Assembly: GCA_037447435.1 (NCBI GenBank)
Contig: JBBIGR010000006.1
Location: 94,136 to 158,135 of the forward strand
Direction: 5' to 3'
DNA length: 64,000 nucleotides
From: Fibrobacteria bacterium
GTDB taxonomy: Bacteria; Fibrobacterota; Chitinivibrionia; Chitinivibrionales; FEN-1185
Each line of letters starts with the position of its first letter. Within the stretch, counting starts at the first letter, position 1. The notes beneath the pieces were generated by a model. The model was not told the origin of the DNA, made no database searches, and saw nothing but the letters and a program-made list of their open reading frames with translations. Position numbers and translations under genes: made by a program. This document shows positions 19,505 to 31,336 of this stretch, one piece after another.

Positions 19505-20002
19505 ATGGATTTTAGTTGGAAAATGATGATTTATCAGTCCATTAACTTTATCGTTTTAATGGTGCTGCTGACATTCCTATTCAATAAATTCATCAGACCG
19601 TTCATGAAAAAACGGGCCGATGACATCAAAAACGCCTTTGTCGAAATCGACAAACAAAAGCTTGAAGTCGAGGAATTGAAAAAAGAATGCAACAATCAAC
19701 TCGACCAAATCAAGCACGGCGCAAAAGCCGAAATCGAAAAAGCCATGATAGAGGGCAGTCATATTAAAGAATCGATAAAGGCCGAAGCAACCAAGGAATC
19801 CGAACAGCTTTTGGAAAAGGCTAAACGGGAAATCGACCAGGAAAAGCAAAAAGCGCTTTCGGAAGTACGCAGGGAAGTTGCAACGCTTTCCATGCTTGCC
19901 ACCAAGCGATTGCTTAAAAAGGAAATCGATGAGTCGACGGATCGTAAACTTGTCGACGATTTTATGGATGAACTGGGAAAAACAGACATTAAAAAGAACT
20001 GA
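19505..20002 (+). CDS. atpF: ATP synthase Fo subunit b
   Basis: QSINFIVLMVLL TM followed by a long charged coiled coil. Confidence 0.93.
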   Translation: MDFSWKMMIYQSINFIVLMVLLTFLFNKFIRPFMKKRADDIKNAFVEIDKQKLEVEELKKECNNQLDQIKHGAKAEIEKAMIEGSHIKESIKAEATKESEQLLEKAKREIDQEKQKALSEVRREVATLSMLATKRLLKKEIDESTDRKLVDDFMDELGKTDIKKN

Positions 20003-20007
20003 TACCT

Positions 20008-20547
20008 ATGCTTAATACATCACTTGCTCTACGATATTCCCGCGCGCTTTTCAAGATATCCCTAAAGGCCGGCAATCCTAAAAAGGTCGCTTTGGAGCTT
20101 ATGGAAATTTCTCGTCTTGTCGATTCGGTGGGAGCACTGAAACGGGTACTTTATCATCCGTCTATAACCCCTACCGAAAAGAAACGCATACTTTCCGAAT
20201 TATTCAAAGCGCAATGCGAAGCGCTGACCCTGCGTTTCCTCGACTATCTTGTCGATAAAAAACGGATTTTCCACCTTACGGCCATTTCGCAGTGTTTTTC
20301 GGCATTGCTCGACACGGAAGAAAACATTTCGAACGTAAAGGTCGAAAGTTTTGCACCGCTTTCGAGCGAAACGCTCGGAAAAATCAAGGAACGGCTTTCC
20401 AAAAGCCTCGGCAAGGAAATCGTATTGACAACAGATATCGTCCCGGAACTTTTGGGCGGCATGCGGATCGTCCTGGGCGACCGGGTGATCGACGGCAGTA
20501 TCGCATTCAATTTGAAAAAAATGACAGAGACCATAACGGCATTTTAG
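20008..20547 (+). CDS. atpH: ATP synthase F1 subunit delta
   Basis: ALRYSRAL, LLGGMRIVLGDRVIDGSI. Confidence 0.93.
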   Translation: MLNTSLALRYSRALFKISLKAGNPKKVALELMEISRLVDSVGALKRVLYHPSITPTEKKRILSELFKAQCEALTLRFLDYLVDKKRIFHLTAISQCFSALLDTEENISNVKVESFAPLSSETLGKIKERLSKSLGKEIVLTTDIVPELLGGMRIVLGDRVIDGSIAFNLKKMTETITAF

Positions 20548-20589
20548 CAACAAGCAATTAGTCGAATACAAATAACAAGAGAGTTGACC

Positions 20590-22095
20590 ATGAACATCAA
20601 ACCAGAAGAAATCACCAGGATTATTCAGAATCAGATCGAGTCGTATGAGACAAGACTCGAAATGGTCTCGACCGGAACGGTGATCCAGGTGGGTGACGGT
20701 ATCGCACGCGTATATGGCCTTGATAAATGTATGTACGCCGAACTTGTTGAATTTGAAAGCGGCGTGCGCGGTATGGCGCTTAACCTTGAGCCTGATAATG
20801 TCGGCGTTGTTATTTTCGGCGACGACACGGCCATAAAAGAAGGTGAAACGGTCCGCTGCACCGGCAAAATTATGGAAGTGCCTGTCGGTGACGAAATGAT
20901 AGGACGTATCATCAACCCGCTCGGGCAACCGCTGGACGGGAAAGGTCCGATCAACGCGACGAAACACCGTTTGCTTGAAGACCGGGCCATGGGTGTCGTT
21001 GAACGTCAAGGGGTGAAAGAACCGCTTCTTACCGGCTGGAAAGCCATTGACTCCATGATTCCGATCGGCCGCGGACAACGCGAACTTATAATCGGCGACC
21101 GGGGTACGGGAAAAACAGCCATTGCCATAGACACGATCCTCAATCAAAAAGGAACCGGCGTTATTTGTATTTACGTCGGCATCGGGCAAAAGCAATCGTC
21201 TATCGCACGCGTCCATAAGGTCCTTGAAGACAATGGCGCTATGGCCTATACGATTATCGTTTCAGCATCTGCCGCAGATCCCGCTCCCCTGCAATATATC
21301 GCACCGTATGCGGGCACGGCAATCGGCGAGGAATTCCGCGATAAAGGCGGTCACGCGCTTGTCATTTACGACGATCTTTCGAAACACGCATATGCATATC
21401 GTCAATTGTCCCTTTTACTTCGGCGTCCGCCGGGGCGCGAAGCATATCCGGGCGATATTTTCAATTTACACGCACGTTTGCTCGAGCGTTCGGCAAAATT
21501 GTCGGATAAGCTTGGCGGAGGCTCCCTCACCTCGCTGCCCATCATTGAAACGCAGGCAGGCGACGTGTCGGCATATATTCCGACAAACGTGATTTCAATT
21601 ACCGACGGTCAGATTTACCTTGTGGGAAACCTGTTCAATTCGGGCGTCCGCCCGGCTATCGACGTCGGTATCTCGGTGTCGCGCGTCGGCGGAAAAGCGC
21701 AGTTCAAGGCAATGCGACAGGTTGCGGGCAAGTTGCGAATGGATTTAGCCCAGTACCGCGAACTGGCCGCATTCGCACAATTCGGTTCCGATCTCGACAA
21801 ATCGGCCAAAGCGCTCATCACCCGCGGTGAACGTATGGTCGAAATTTTGAAGCAGGACGAACATGAGCCAATGCTTTTTGAGAACCAAATCCTCATTATC
21901 GCATCGGCTTCTTACGGGTTGCTCGACGATGTACCGGTTCCCCAGCTTCGCGTTTTGGAAAAGGAATTGGCAAAATTCATGGAACGTTCGCACGGCGACG
22001 TGCTCAAGAACATCCGTGAACAAAAGGAAATTTCCGAAGAAACCAAGAAAAAGCTTATTTCGGCAGTGGAAGAATTTAAAAAGCAACGGATATAA
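20590..22095 (+). CDS. atpA: ATP synthase F1 subunit alpha
   Basis: [18 protein letters not shown] Walker [11 protein letters not shown]. Confidence 0.98.
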   Translation: MNIKPEEITRIIQNQIESYETRLEMVSTGTVIQVGDGIARVYGLDKCMYAELVEFESGVRGMALNLEPDNVGVVIFGDDTAIKEGETVRCTGKIMEVPVGDEMIGRIINPLGQPLDGKGPINATKHRLLEDRAMGVVERQGVKEPLLTGWKAIDSMIPIGRGQRELIIGDRGTGKTAIAIDTILNQKGTGVICIYVGIGQKQSSIARVHKVLEDNGAMAYTIIVSASAADPAPLQYIAPYAGTAIGEEFRDKGGHALVIYDDLSKHAYAYRQLSLLLRRPPGREAYPGDIFNLHARLLERSAKLSDKLGGGSLTSLPIIETQAGDVSAYIPTNVISITDGQIYLVGNLFNSGVRPAIDVGISVSRVGGKAQFKAMRQVAGKLRMDLAQYRELAAFAQFGSDLDKSAKALITRGERMVEILKQDEHEPMLFENQILIIASASYGLLDDVPVPQLRVLEKELAKFMERSHGDVLKNIREQKEISEETKKKLISAVEEFKKQRI

Positions 22096-22098
22096 ACA

Positions 22099-22953
22099 AT
22101 GGCGACCCCAAGAGACATAAAACGCAGGATCATCAGCGTAAAAAATACGCAGAAGATCACCAAGGCCATGCAGATGGTTGCATCGGTAAAGCTCCGCAAG
22201 GCCCGTGACCGTGTTATCGCCGCCAGGCCCTATTTTGAAAAGGTCACAAGCATTGCCCGACACCTGACATCGGCAATTTCGCCCGGTACGTCACCCTATC
22301 TCAAAACAGGCGAGAGTAAAAACCTCTGCCTGCTTGTCGTGGGCTCGGACAAAGGGCTATGCGGTGCGTTCAATGCCAATGTCGTCAAGAAGGCCATGGA
22401 AATCGTTCTTGCCAACAAAGGCAAGAACATAACCATAACGATAGTCGGCAAAAAGCCGATAGAGGCACTCAAACGGAAGCCGGTGACTCTTGGGGACAAA
22501 TATCTGGATATGATGTTCAGCCCTAAATACGAAAGCGCCGAAACTGTCGGCAATAAAATCCTTGCGGATTTTACCAACGGTAGCATCGACGAAGTGATTG
22601 CGGTGTTTAATGAATTCAAACATCCCGCATCGCAAAAAATCACCACGGAAAAGCTGCTTCCCCTGCAACCCATGGAAGAGGAAAAGGGGCCGAAAGCAAG
22701 TTACATTTTTGAACCGTCGGCGGACGAGACGTTTGATGTTTTAATGCCGCAATATGTAAACGGCCAGATTTGGAAAATCTTTTTGGAATCCAATGCCGCT
22801 CAGCAAGCGGCCAGTATGGCAACCATGTATGCGGCCACGAAAAACGCAGGGAAACTCACGGATGCTTTGACATTGTATTATAATAAAGTTCGCCAGGCCA
22901 TTATCACCAAGGAACTTTTGGAAATCGTTTCCGGTGCCGAAGCGCTGAAATAG
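22099..22953 (+). CDS. atpG: ATP synthase F1 subunit gamma
   Basis: KITKAMQMVAS, DKGLCGAFN, RQAIITKELLEIVSGA. Confidence 0.97.
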   Translation: MATPRDIKRRIISVKNTQKITKAMQMVASVKLRKARDRVIAARPYFEKVTSIARHLTSAISPGTSPYLKTGESKNLCLLVVGSDKGLCGAFNANVVKKAMEIVLANKGKNITITIVGKKPIEALKRKPVTLGDKYLDMMFSPKYESAETVGNKILADFTNGSIDEVIAVFNEFKHPASQKITTEKLLPLQPMEEEKGPKASYIFEPSADETFDVLMPQYVNGQIWKIFLESNAAQQAASMATMYAATKNAGKLTDALTLYYNKVRQAIITKELLEIVSGAEALK

Positions 22954-23015
22954 TCATGTATTTCATTAGAACGTTAACAGATGCACATTTTTCATACGAT
23001 ACAGTAAGCAAATAA

Positions 23016-24464
<1,449 letters not shown>

Positions 24465-24537
24465 GATCGGATCAACAACATAAGCGCCCGGTTTTTGTAA
24501 ATCGAAATCCGGGCGCAATCATCCCAATGAGTTTTAC

Positions 24538-24957
24538 ATGGAAGAAAAAAAATATCTTCTTGAAATAGTGACGCCGGAAAAAAAGATTTTTTCCGAAAAG
24601 GATGTGGAGTTTTCCGTTTTTCCCGGTTCCGAAGGCGAACTCGGAATTTTGCCGGATCACGCTCCCCTTTTATCCCGGTTATCTCCCGGTGAAATCCGCA
24701 TTACCCGCAATAAAGCGGTGGAATGTTTGGCGATCAACGGCGGTTTCCTGGAGGTTCGCAAAAATGAAGTTTCGGTTATAACCGAAACGGCAGAGTTTGC
24801 AAAAGATATAAATATCGAGCGCGCCAAGCATGAAAAAGAAAGCGCCGAAGCCCAGGTCAAAAAGGCGCAATCGCCTGCAGAATACAAAGAAGCCGATTTA
24901 CGATTAAAAAAAGCGGAAGCCAGACTTAAAGTCGCCGGAAAAGCCGCGTCGGTTTAG
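24538..24957 (+). CDS. atpC: ATP synthase F1 subunit epsilon
   Basis: LEIVTPEK, GELGILPDHAPL, GGFLEV. Confidence 0.96.
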   Translation: MEEKKYLLEIVTPEKKIFSEKDVEFSVFPGSEGELGILPDHAPLLSRLSPGEIRITRNKAVECLAINGGFLEVRKNEVSVITETAEFAKDINIERAKHEKESAEAQVKKAQSPAEYKEADLRLKKAEARLKVAGKAASV

Positions 24958-24972
24958 AGTACCTTCGGAACT

Positions 24973-25015
24973 CCTCAACTCCCTTTCCCCTTCTCCATTT
25001 ATGGAGAAGGGGAAA
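24973..25015. repeat. REP-like hairpin repeat, copy 2 (after atpC)
   Basis: CCTCA followed by CCCCTTCTCCATTTATGGAGAAGGGG (24987-25012), identical to 28781-28806. Confidence 0.8.
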
Positions 25016-25163
25016 AATAAATACGAATAAAAATCATAACCACTATCGGACCGTCTCATCCATCGCGATGTCGCATTGTGTAATAATGACTTTGCGAAAC
25101 CCGTACTGATGTAGGTATGGTATTCTTTTGTTTGAAAAAAGAGTATTGCAAAGGAGGATACTC

Positions 25164-26219
25164 ATGCGAGCAAAAATCGGCATCAACGGTTTCGGGAGGA
25201 TCGGCAGGCAAGTTTTTAAAGCCATTTTGGAACGGTATGGAAACGAATTGGATATCGTAGCGATCAATGATCTATTTGATACCAAGACGAATGCGGCGCT
25301 TTTGAAATACGATTCCAGCTATGGGATGAACCACGCAAAAATTGAGGCCGCGGACAACGGCAATTTGATCGTGGACGGAAAAACCATTAAGGTATTCGCC
25401 GAAAAAGAGCCGGGAAATATCCCCTGGAGCGATTTGGGAGTGGACGTGGTTATCGAATCGACCGGTATATTTACAGATGCGATTGGAAACCCGGCTAAAG
25501 GGAAATCCGGGGCTTTGGTGCATATCGCAAAGGGTAAAGCGAAAAAAGTGATTATCTCGGCACCGGCGAAAAACGAAGACATCACGATTGTTTTGGGAGT
25601 CAACGACGGGGATTACGATCCAAAAATTCATCATATTATCTCAAACGCCTCTTGCACGACAAACTGTCTGGCTCCGGTCGCTAAAATCGTCCATGATAAT
25701 TTAGGGATAATATCCGGCGTAATGACGACCATTCATTCCTATACAAACGATCAGGTCATACTGGATCAGGGGCATAAGAAAGAACTGAGACGTTCACGCG
25801 CGGCCGGATTAAACATGATACCGACCACGTCGGGGGCGACAAAAGCGCTTGCACTGGTCATTCCGGATTTAAAGGGGAAATTCGACGGTTTTTCGATGCG
25901 TGTTCCGACGCCGACCGTTTCGGTCGTTGATTTTACTGCATCCGTTCAAAAACCGACGACGAAAGAAGAACTGAATGCCCTTTTTACTGAAGCGTCGATG
26001 GACGCGTTCAAGGGCATAGTCGGTGTTACCACAGGAGAATATAGCGACCCGCTCGTGTCCATGGACTTTAAGGGCGATGACCGCTCGGCAATCGTCGATT
26101 TACCGACAACGATGGTCGTTTGCGGAACATTGGTAAAAGTGCTGGCATGGTATGACAACGAATGGGGGTATTCGTGCCGCGTCGCAGACTTGGCGCATAA
26201 GATTGCCTCGTTCATTTGA
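25164..26219 (+). CDS. gap: Type I glyceraldehyde-3-phosphate dehydrogenase
   Basis: [48 protein letters not shown] before ATG 25164. Confidence 0.97.
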   Translation: MRAKIGINGFGRIGRQVFKAILERYGNELDIVAINDLFDTKTNAALLKYDSSYGMNHAKIEAADNGNLIVDGKTIKVFAEKEPGNIPWSDLGVDVVIESTGIFTDAIGNPAKGKSGALVHIAKGKAKKVIISAPAKNEDITIVLGVNDGDYDPKIHHIISNASCTTNCLAPVAKIVHDNLGIISGVMTTIHSYTNDQVILDQGHKKELRRSRAAGLNMIPTTSGATKALALVIPDLKGKFDGFSMRVPTPTVSVVDFTASVQKPTTKEELNALFTEASMDAFKGIVGVTTGEYSDPLVSMDFKGDDRSAIVDLPTTMVVCGTLVKVLAWYDNEWGYSCRVADLAHKIASFI

Positions 26220-26533
26220 CAGATTGGGCAACATAAAGTAACCCCTTGTATTTTCATCAGTATGTCGGTTTTTCCCCGGTTACTTCTTGATAAGGACTGT
26301 AAACAACGAGGATACATTTTCTTTTACGCTTATCTGGAATTTCAAGCTATTATTAAAAAAAACGTTAGATTACAAACATATACCCATTTGTTCACAGTTT
26401 AAATCATCGATTCGTGAACAGTCGGGATAGCCCGTTTTCATAGTCAGTTTGTGTTTCGGGGGAATTTAAGCGGTTAGTTACCCGGTTAAGTGAAACAGAT
26501 CAAATTACTTTTTCTTTTTCAGGAGTGTTACTC

Positions 26534-28753
26534 ATGAGAAATGCAGTGTTGGGCATGCTTTTGCTTATTTCCGCGGTTTGCGGACAAAGCGTCTCCATTT
26601 CCGGAAAAGTCTCCAATTCCGGCGGACAAGGAATTGAGGGAGCAGTGGTAAAACTGTTCGCTCAATCCATGGCCTGCACAACCAATGCGGACGGATCGTA
26701 CACTTTGTCGGGATCCACCGGTATAAAGCCGTTTTCCTTGTCTCAAAAATTTAGCAGCATCGCTTATAAAAACGGTTCTTTTATTTTCAAATCGTCCTCT
26801 TTTGGACCTTTGTCGGTACGGCTTTACGACTTGAGCGGCAGAACCGTCGCACGGGTCTTTTCGGGATCGATCAATGCCGGTACTACGGCCATCCCCTTTT
26901 CTCTTGATCGCGTTTGCAAATCGGTGCTCATTTTGCGGGTTGCGATGGCGGGAAATGAGTTTGCCTATACGCTCGTACCCTCGAATGCAAAAACCTTTGA
27001 GATTTCCTCGATTCCTTCTTCACAAGCAGGATTGCAAAAAACATTGGCTACGGTAGATTGGCTGCAGGCAAGCAAGTCGGGCTATGCTGCAGGCATTCAG
27101 CAAATAACCTCTTATAGCGGGGTAATCAATTTTACACTTTCGGCGCCGACCGCCCCGAATTTCGGACCCAATGTAAAGATTTTCGACCCAACGATGTCCG
27201 CCAGCTCGATTCAATCGGGAATGGGCTTTTCGACAAATGAATTCAGCACCAATCGCGTAGCCTGGTTTTTCAAACCCGGAAGCTACAATCTTACGATTAC
27301 AACAAATTACTACATACAAGCCTATGGTCTCGGGGTTTCGCCTGAATCGACCCAGGTGACCGGTGCAGTGCAGAATACCGACGGAGGCCTTACTGCCTTC
27401 TGGCGCGGTGTCGAGGGTTTCACCGTAAACGGAAACGATACATGGGCAGTGTCCCAGGCGGATCCGTTCCGTCGCATGCATATAAAAGGCAATTTGAACC
27501 TCTGCAATAGCGGCGGAAGCGGCGGATTCGTATCCGACTGCAAAGTCGACGGTCAGATAGCTACCGGTTGCCAACAACAATTCTATTTCCGTAACAATAC
27601 TCTCGGAACGGTTAACGCAGGCGGCTGGAGCTTTTTATTTCAAGGTTGCGACAATCCGCCGACCGCGAACTGGCCGGGCGGTTCCATCAGCGTTGTCGCA
27701 AAGACCCCGCTGGTACGTGAAAAACCGTATGTCATTTTTGAGGGCGGAAGCTATGCGGTCTTTGTCCCTGCCTGGCGTACTACGTCGTCGGGAACAGACT
27801 GGTACAACCAAACCCCGCAGGGAGAGAGAATTCCTATCGATCAATTCTACATTGCGCAATCGTCTACCGATAACGCAACGACAATCAACGCCGCGCTCGC
27901 GGCAGGCAAAAACCTGATCCTTTCGCCCGGTATCTATCAGGTGAGTGCGCCCATTCTCGTCACCCGGCCCAATACGGTTGTGCTTGGCCTCGGTATGGCA
28001 ACCCTGAAACCGCAAAACGGCGTGATCGCATTGAAGACCGCGGACGTGCCCGGAATCATCATCTCCAATATCCTATTTGATGCCGGAACCGCTCAATCTC
28101 CTTGCCTGTTGCAAGTCGGCGATTCGGCCAGTACAAGCAATTACAGCACTAATCCTACTATCGTATGCGACATATTCGGCCGTATCGGCGGCGGCGGAAA
28201 CGCCCAGGCCAAAGTCCACGTAATCTTAAACAGCAACTATTCCATTCTCGATCATTGCTGGTTATGGCGTGCAGACCATGGTTCGGGCGCAGGCTGGACA
28301 TCGAATCCCTGCCCCAACGGTTTGATCGTCAATGGAAACAACTGCATCACCTACGGCCAAATGGTGGAGCACAATCAGCAGCATAACACGATATGGAACG
28401 GTAATAGCGGACAAATGTTTTTCTACCAGAACGAGCTTCCCTACGATGTCGCGACGCAGGCTGATTTTAAGGATGGTACAAAAAACGGGTGGTCGGCACT
28501 GTACGTGACACCCGGGGTGACCAAATTTGCCGGTTATAGTATTGGAATTTACTCATACTTTAACCGGACCTATGTCGAAGAGGCAAACGCCATCGAATGT
28601 CCCAAACTGCCCGGAATAGAAATTCATCACGTGGTCACCTTTTCACTGGGGAGCGATCAGGGACAGATCACGCATGTTGTCAATGACACGGGCGCTACGG
28701 CGAAATGGACCGCGACACCGATGATCAGGTTCGGCGATTATATCGGGCATTGA
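26534..28753 (+). CDS. Secreted GH55-like beta-1,3-glucanase with an N-terminal carboxypeptidase-regulatory-like/CTD-like module
   Basis: NFGPNV.IFDP, FWRGVE, WAVSQA.PFRRMHI, WLWRADHG and FYQNELPYD motifs as in actinobacterial-type GH55. Confidence 0.82.
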   Translation: MRNAVLGMLLLISAVCGQSVSISGKVSNSGGQGIEGAVVKLFAQSMACTTNADGSYTLSGSTGIKPFSLSQKFSSIAYKNGSFIFKSSSFGPLSVRLYDLSGRTVARVFSGSINAGTTAIPFSLDRVCKSVLILRVAMAGNEFAYTLVPSNAKTFEISSIPSSQAGLQKTLATVDWLQASKSGYAAGIQQITSYSGVINFTLSAPTAPNFGPNVKIFDPTMSASSIQSGMGFSTNEFSTNRVAWFFKPGSYNLTITTNYYIQAYGLGVSPESTQVTGAVQNTDGGLTAFWRGVEGFTVNGNDTWAVSQADPFRRMHIKGNLNLCNSGGSGGFVSDCKVDGQIATGCQQQFYFRNNTLGTVNAGGWSFLFQGCDNPPTANWPGGSISVVAKTPLVREKPYVIFEGGSYAVFVPAWRTTSSGTDWYNQTPQGERIPIDQFYIAQSSTDNATTINAALAAGKNLILSPGIYQVSAPILVTRPNTVVLGLGMATLKPQNGVIALKTADVPGIIISNILFDAGTAQSPCLLQVGDSASTSNYSTNPTIVCDIFGRIGGGGNAQAKVHVILNSNYSILDHCWLWRADHGSGAGWTSNPCPNGLIVNGNNCITYGQMVEHNQQHNTIWNGNSGQMFFYQNELPYDVATQADFKDGTKNGWSALYVTPGVTKFAGYSIGIYSYFNRTYVEEANAIECPKLPGIEIHHVVTFSLGSDQGQITHVVNDTGATAKWTATPMIRFGDYIGH

Positions 28754-28769
28754 GAACATAATCCATTCG

Positions 28770-28810
28770 CCTCATCCATACCCCTTCTCCATTTATGGAG
28801 AAGGGGTATG
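28770..28810. repeat. REP-like hairpin repeat, copy 3
   Basis: CCTCA..CATA-CCCCTTCTCCATTTATGGAGAAGGGG-TATG; 26 nt core identical to copy 2. Confidence 0.8.
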
Positions 28811-28972
28811 TTATTTCACGTGAAAGCGGTAAATCCTTGTGCAGAGGGCAATGAATTCCTTTGGGGTAACGCCGGCCTTGCAGTCGTTGACAAGCCACGA
28901 GCAAATTTCGAATGCGGCGTGCGTTTCGTTCGGTTCGATATGATCGACCGTGGGAAGCAATGAGAATTCCTT
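28811..28972 (-). pseudogene. C-terminal remnant (or 49-aa mini-ORF from TTG 28960) of an HNH-like nuclease
   Basis: Manual translation: KEFSLLPTVDHIEPNETHAAFEICSWLVNDCKAGVTPKEFIALCTRIYRFHVK*, with a DH...C...N..K pattern. In-frame TAA immediately upstream at 28973-28975. Confidence 0.6.
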
Positions 28973-29018
28973 TTACATCCGGTCAAGAACTAAATTTATA
29001 AGCCGGAAAGGAATTCGC

Positions 29019-29798
29019 ATGAAGAGCATCTTACTCGCCGTAATCATCTTATGTATCAACTGTACGCCCCTAGTCAACAGATTGTCGTTTTTTCCGTCTA
29101 AAGATGAGCACCGGTATGCCCGCACGCCGCATTTTAGAGAACTGTTCATCAAAACAAAAGACGGAAAAACCTTGCAGTCTTTCCTTTTTGCGAACGACAG
29201 TTCAAAAACTATTCTTTTATACTTTCATGGAAATGCCGGAAATGCATCCCATCGATTTCCCGAATTGATCAAATTCGCTGAAATGGGAATAAACGTATTT
29301 GCGGTCAGCTATCGCGGCTTCGGCAAAAGCACGGGCCATCCCAGTGAGAAGGGCATTTATAAAGACGGCATTGCCGCCTATGAATATATTAGGGACACGC
29401 TTAATTTCAAGGAAAGCAATATTTTCATTTGCGGACGAAGCATAGGGACGACAGCGGCAATCAACACCGCAATGGACAAGAAAATAAAAGGGCTGTTATT
29501 GGTCACTCCATTAACAAACGCTAAAGAATACGCGGCGTTCCACGGTTTAGGGTACCTGTCTTTTATTGCCGGCAACGCATTTGACAATATCGGGAAGGTC
29601 AACAAAATTACTTGTAAAGTTATGATAATCCATGGAACCGATGATGAGGTAATTCCCTATTCCCAGGGAAAAAAACTGTTTGATGCCGTTTTGGGCGAAA
29701 AGTCCTTTATCACCATTACAAATGGTACACACAACGCATTGGAACTGCAGGATTCTCTGACCTATTGGACATCGATTCAACAATTTCTGAACAAATGA
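29019..29798 (+). CDS. Alpha/beta hydrolase (ABHD13/Bem46-like), possible lipoprotein
   Basis: YFHGNAGN, YRGFGKSTG.PSEKG, GRSIG nucleophile, IHGTDDEVIP, GTHN. Confidence 0.9.
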   Translation: MKSILLAVIILCINCTPLVNRLSFFPSKDEHRYARTPHFRELFIKTKDGKTLQSFLFANDSSKTILLYFHGNAGNASHRFPELIKFAEMGINVFAVSYRGFGKSTGHPSEKGIYKDGIAAYEYIRDTLNFKESNIFICGRSIGTTAAINTAMDKKIKGLLLVTPLTNAKEYAAFHGLGYLSFIAGNAFDNIGKVNKITCKVMIIHGTDDEVIPYSQGKKLFDAVLGEKSFITITNGTHNALELQDSLTYWTSIQQFLNK

Positions 29799-29827
29799 CC
29801 GTTCCGGGAACGCCCGACAAATTGCTC

Positions 29828-30289
29828 CTACTTCATTGTTGGCGTAATGCCGACCTCGACGCAACTGGCGTAGGAATTGGCGATAAAGCAATTGTCGTGC
29901 GCGCGGGTATGGAGCACGTCGAACTGTTCCTGCGTGGGAGCCTTGCCGTCGGCAAATTTCACCTGAGGGCGCAATTCCACTTTGGTAATGGCGGTTTTAC
30001 CCGAATTGTTTTTCCCGAGCACCGCAACTGCCGCATCGGTATAGGAATCGACCACATAGCCGCGGCGGGAACATAATGCCAAAAAGGTGAGCATATGGCA
30101 ACTCGACAGCGAGGCGGCAAATCCTTGTTCGGGATTGACGCATTGGGGGTTGCCGAAAAAATCCGGAGCCGACGACGCGCATATTTTATTGTCGTTCCCG
30201 AAATGCCAAATATGATCTCTGCTGTATTTTTCATATGTAAAATCATCGGACTTTCGTGTCCATTCGACGCTGATAAGGTGTTCCGACAT
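29828..30289 (-). CDS. OsmC/Ohr-family protein
   Basis: YSRDH, NPEQ..AASLSSCHMLTFL and AHDNCFIANS (two conserved Cys); start at ATG 30289 behind AAGGA. Confidence 0.9.
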   Translation of the reverse strand: MSEHLISVEWTRKSDDFTYEKYSRDHIWHFGNDNKICASSAPDFFGNPQCVNPEQGFAASLSSCHMLTFLALCSRRGYVVDSYTDAAVAVLGKNNSGKTAITKVELRPQVKFADGKAPTQEQFDVLHTRAHDNCFIANSYASCVEVGITPTMK

Positions 30290-30482
30290 TGCATTTTCCT
30301 TTTTTGAAATGTACATAAGATCCGTTGAAAGCCCCTGAGAAACCTCGGAGGATCGCAATTGCAAGCAGATATTTGTCGTGCCGTAAGCTGCCTGAAATGC
30401 GCTCGCTTTAAGGTTCAATTAATAGTATTTTATCCGTTCACCGGCAAACGCTGGAAATATAAAATATACGGAAAAACGCTTC

Positions 30483-31319
30483 ATGATTAAAAATATTACA
30501 CTGACGATGCGCATTTTATGGAAAATTATAACGTTCTGCTTTCTTACCTATGCGGTGGTATTTTCGGTAGCAGGCACCATTGCAATTGTTTACGGCTATA
30601 TGACGTTGACAAAACCCCTGCGGGACGTCCAGTTTTTGATAGACCATAATCCAAAAGAAACCGCATACATGACCATATACCGCGGGGAGCTGCGGGCAAA
30701 AGGAAAGCCCGACACGTTGACCATCAGATTCGTTCCCCTCGATTCGATCGCAAAAAACCTGCAAAACGCGGTCGTTGCTTCGGAAGATGACGGATTTTAT
30801 ACGCACCCGGGGATCGATATCGAGGCGATACTCAAGGCAGCCGAATACAATAGGGAAAAAAACAAGATGGCCAGAGGCGCCAGCACCATTACCCAGCAAT
30901 TAGCCAAAAACCTGTTTTTGGACGGCGATAAGAATTTCCTCAGAAAAGCCAAGGAATTCGGCTACACCCTGCTATTGGAAAAATATTTGACAAAAAAGAG
31001 AATATTGGAACTGTATCTGAATTACGCGCAATGGGGCGAAACGGTTTTCGGATGCGAAGCGGCCTCCCGGATGTATTATAAAAAACCGTGCTCGCATTTA
31101 TCGATTCAAGAAGCCTCGCGCATGGCCGCAACCCTTGCCATGCCCAGCCGCGTAACGCCGCTCAATACCGCCAGCGTCTTTATCCAGAAACGGGTCGAGG
31201 TCATTGCCAATAATTTGTACCGGCGCCATATGATAGACGATTCGGGCTATACCGTTGTTTCGGGCCTTGCCGCTCCCAAAGATTCATCGGACGATTCAAT
31301 GAGCGGCGACGGTAATTGA
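30483..31319 (+). CDS. mtgA: Monofunctional peptidoglycan transglycosylase (GT51)
   Basis: SEDDGFYTHPGID, GASTITQQLAKNLFL, RKAKE, KKRILELYLN. Confidence 0.9.
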   Translation: MIKNITLTMRILWKIITFCFLTYAVVFSVAGTIAIVYGYMTLTKPLRDVQFLIDHNPKETAYMTIYRGELRAKGKPDTLTIRFVPLDSIAKNLQNAVVASEDDGFYTHPGIDIEAILKAAEYNREKNKMARGASTITQQLAKNLFLDGDKNFLRKAKEFGYTLLLEKYLTKKRILELYLNYAQWGETVFGCEAASRMYYKKPCSHLSIQEASRMAATLAMPSRVTPLNTASVFIQKRVEVIANNLYRRHMIDDSGYTVVSGLAAPKDSSDDSMSGDGN

Positions 31320-31336
31320 CCACTGGTACGGTCGTC

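Noticed and set aside
26380..26520. TGTTCAC..GTGAACA inverted repeat in the GH55 leader as a structured RNA
   Set aside because: Only a 7-bp stem, with no aptamer consensus.
30290..30430. Possible riboswitch upstream of the OsmC gene (TTTCAGG/CTCAGG, GATCC..GGATC stem)
   Set aside because: It lacks the GGAGA/CCGAAG core of glycine aptamers and fits no other family I can recognise; an Rfam scan would settle it.
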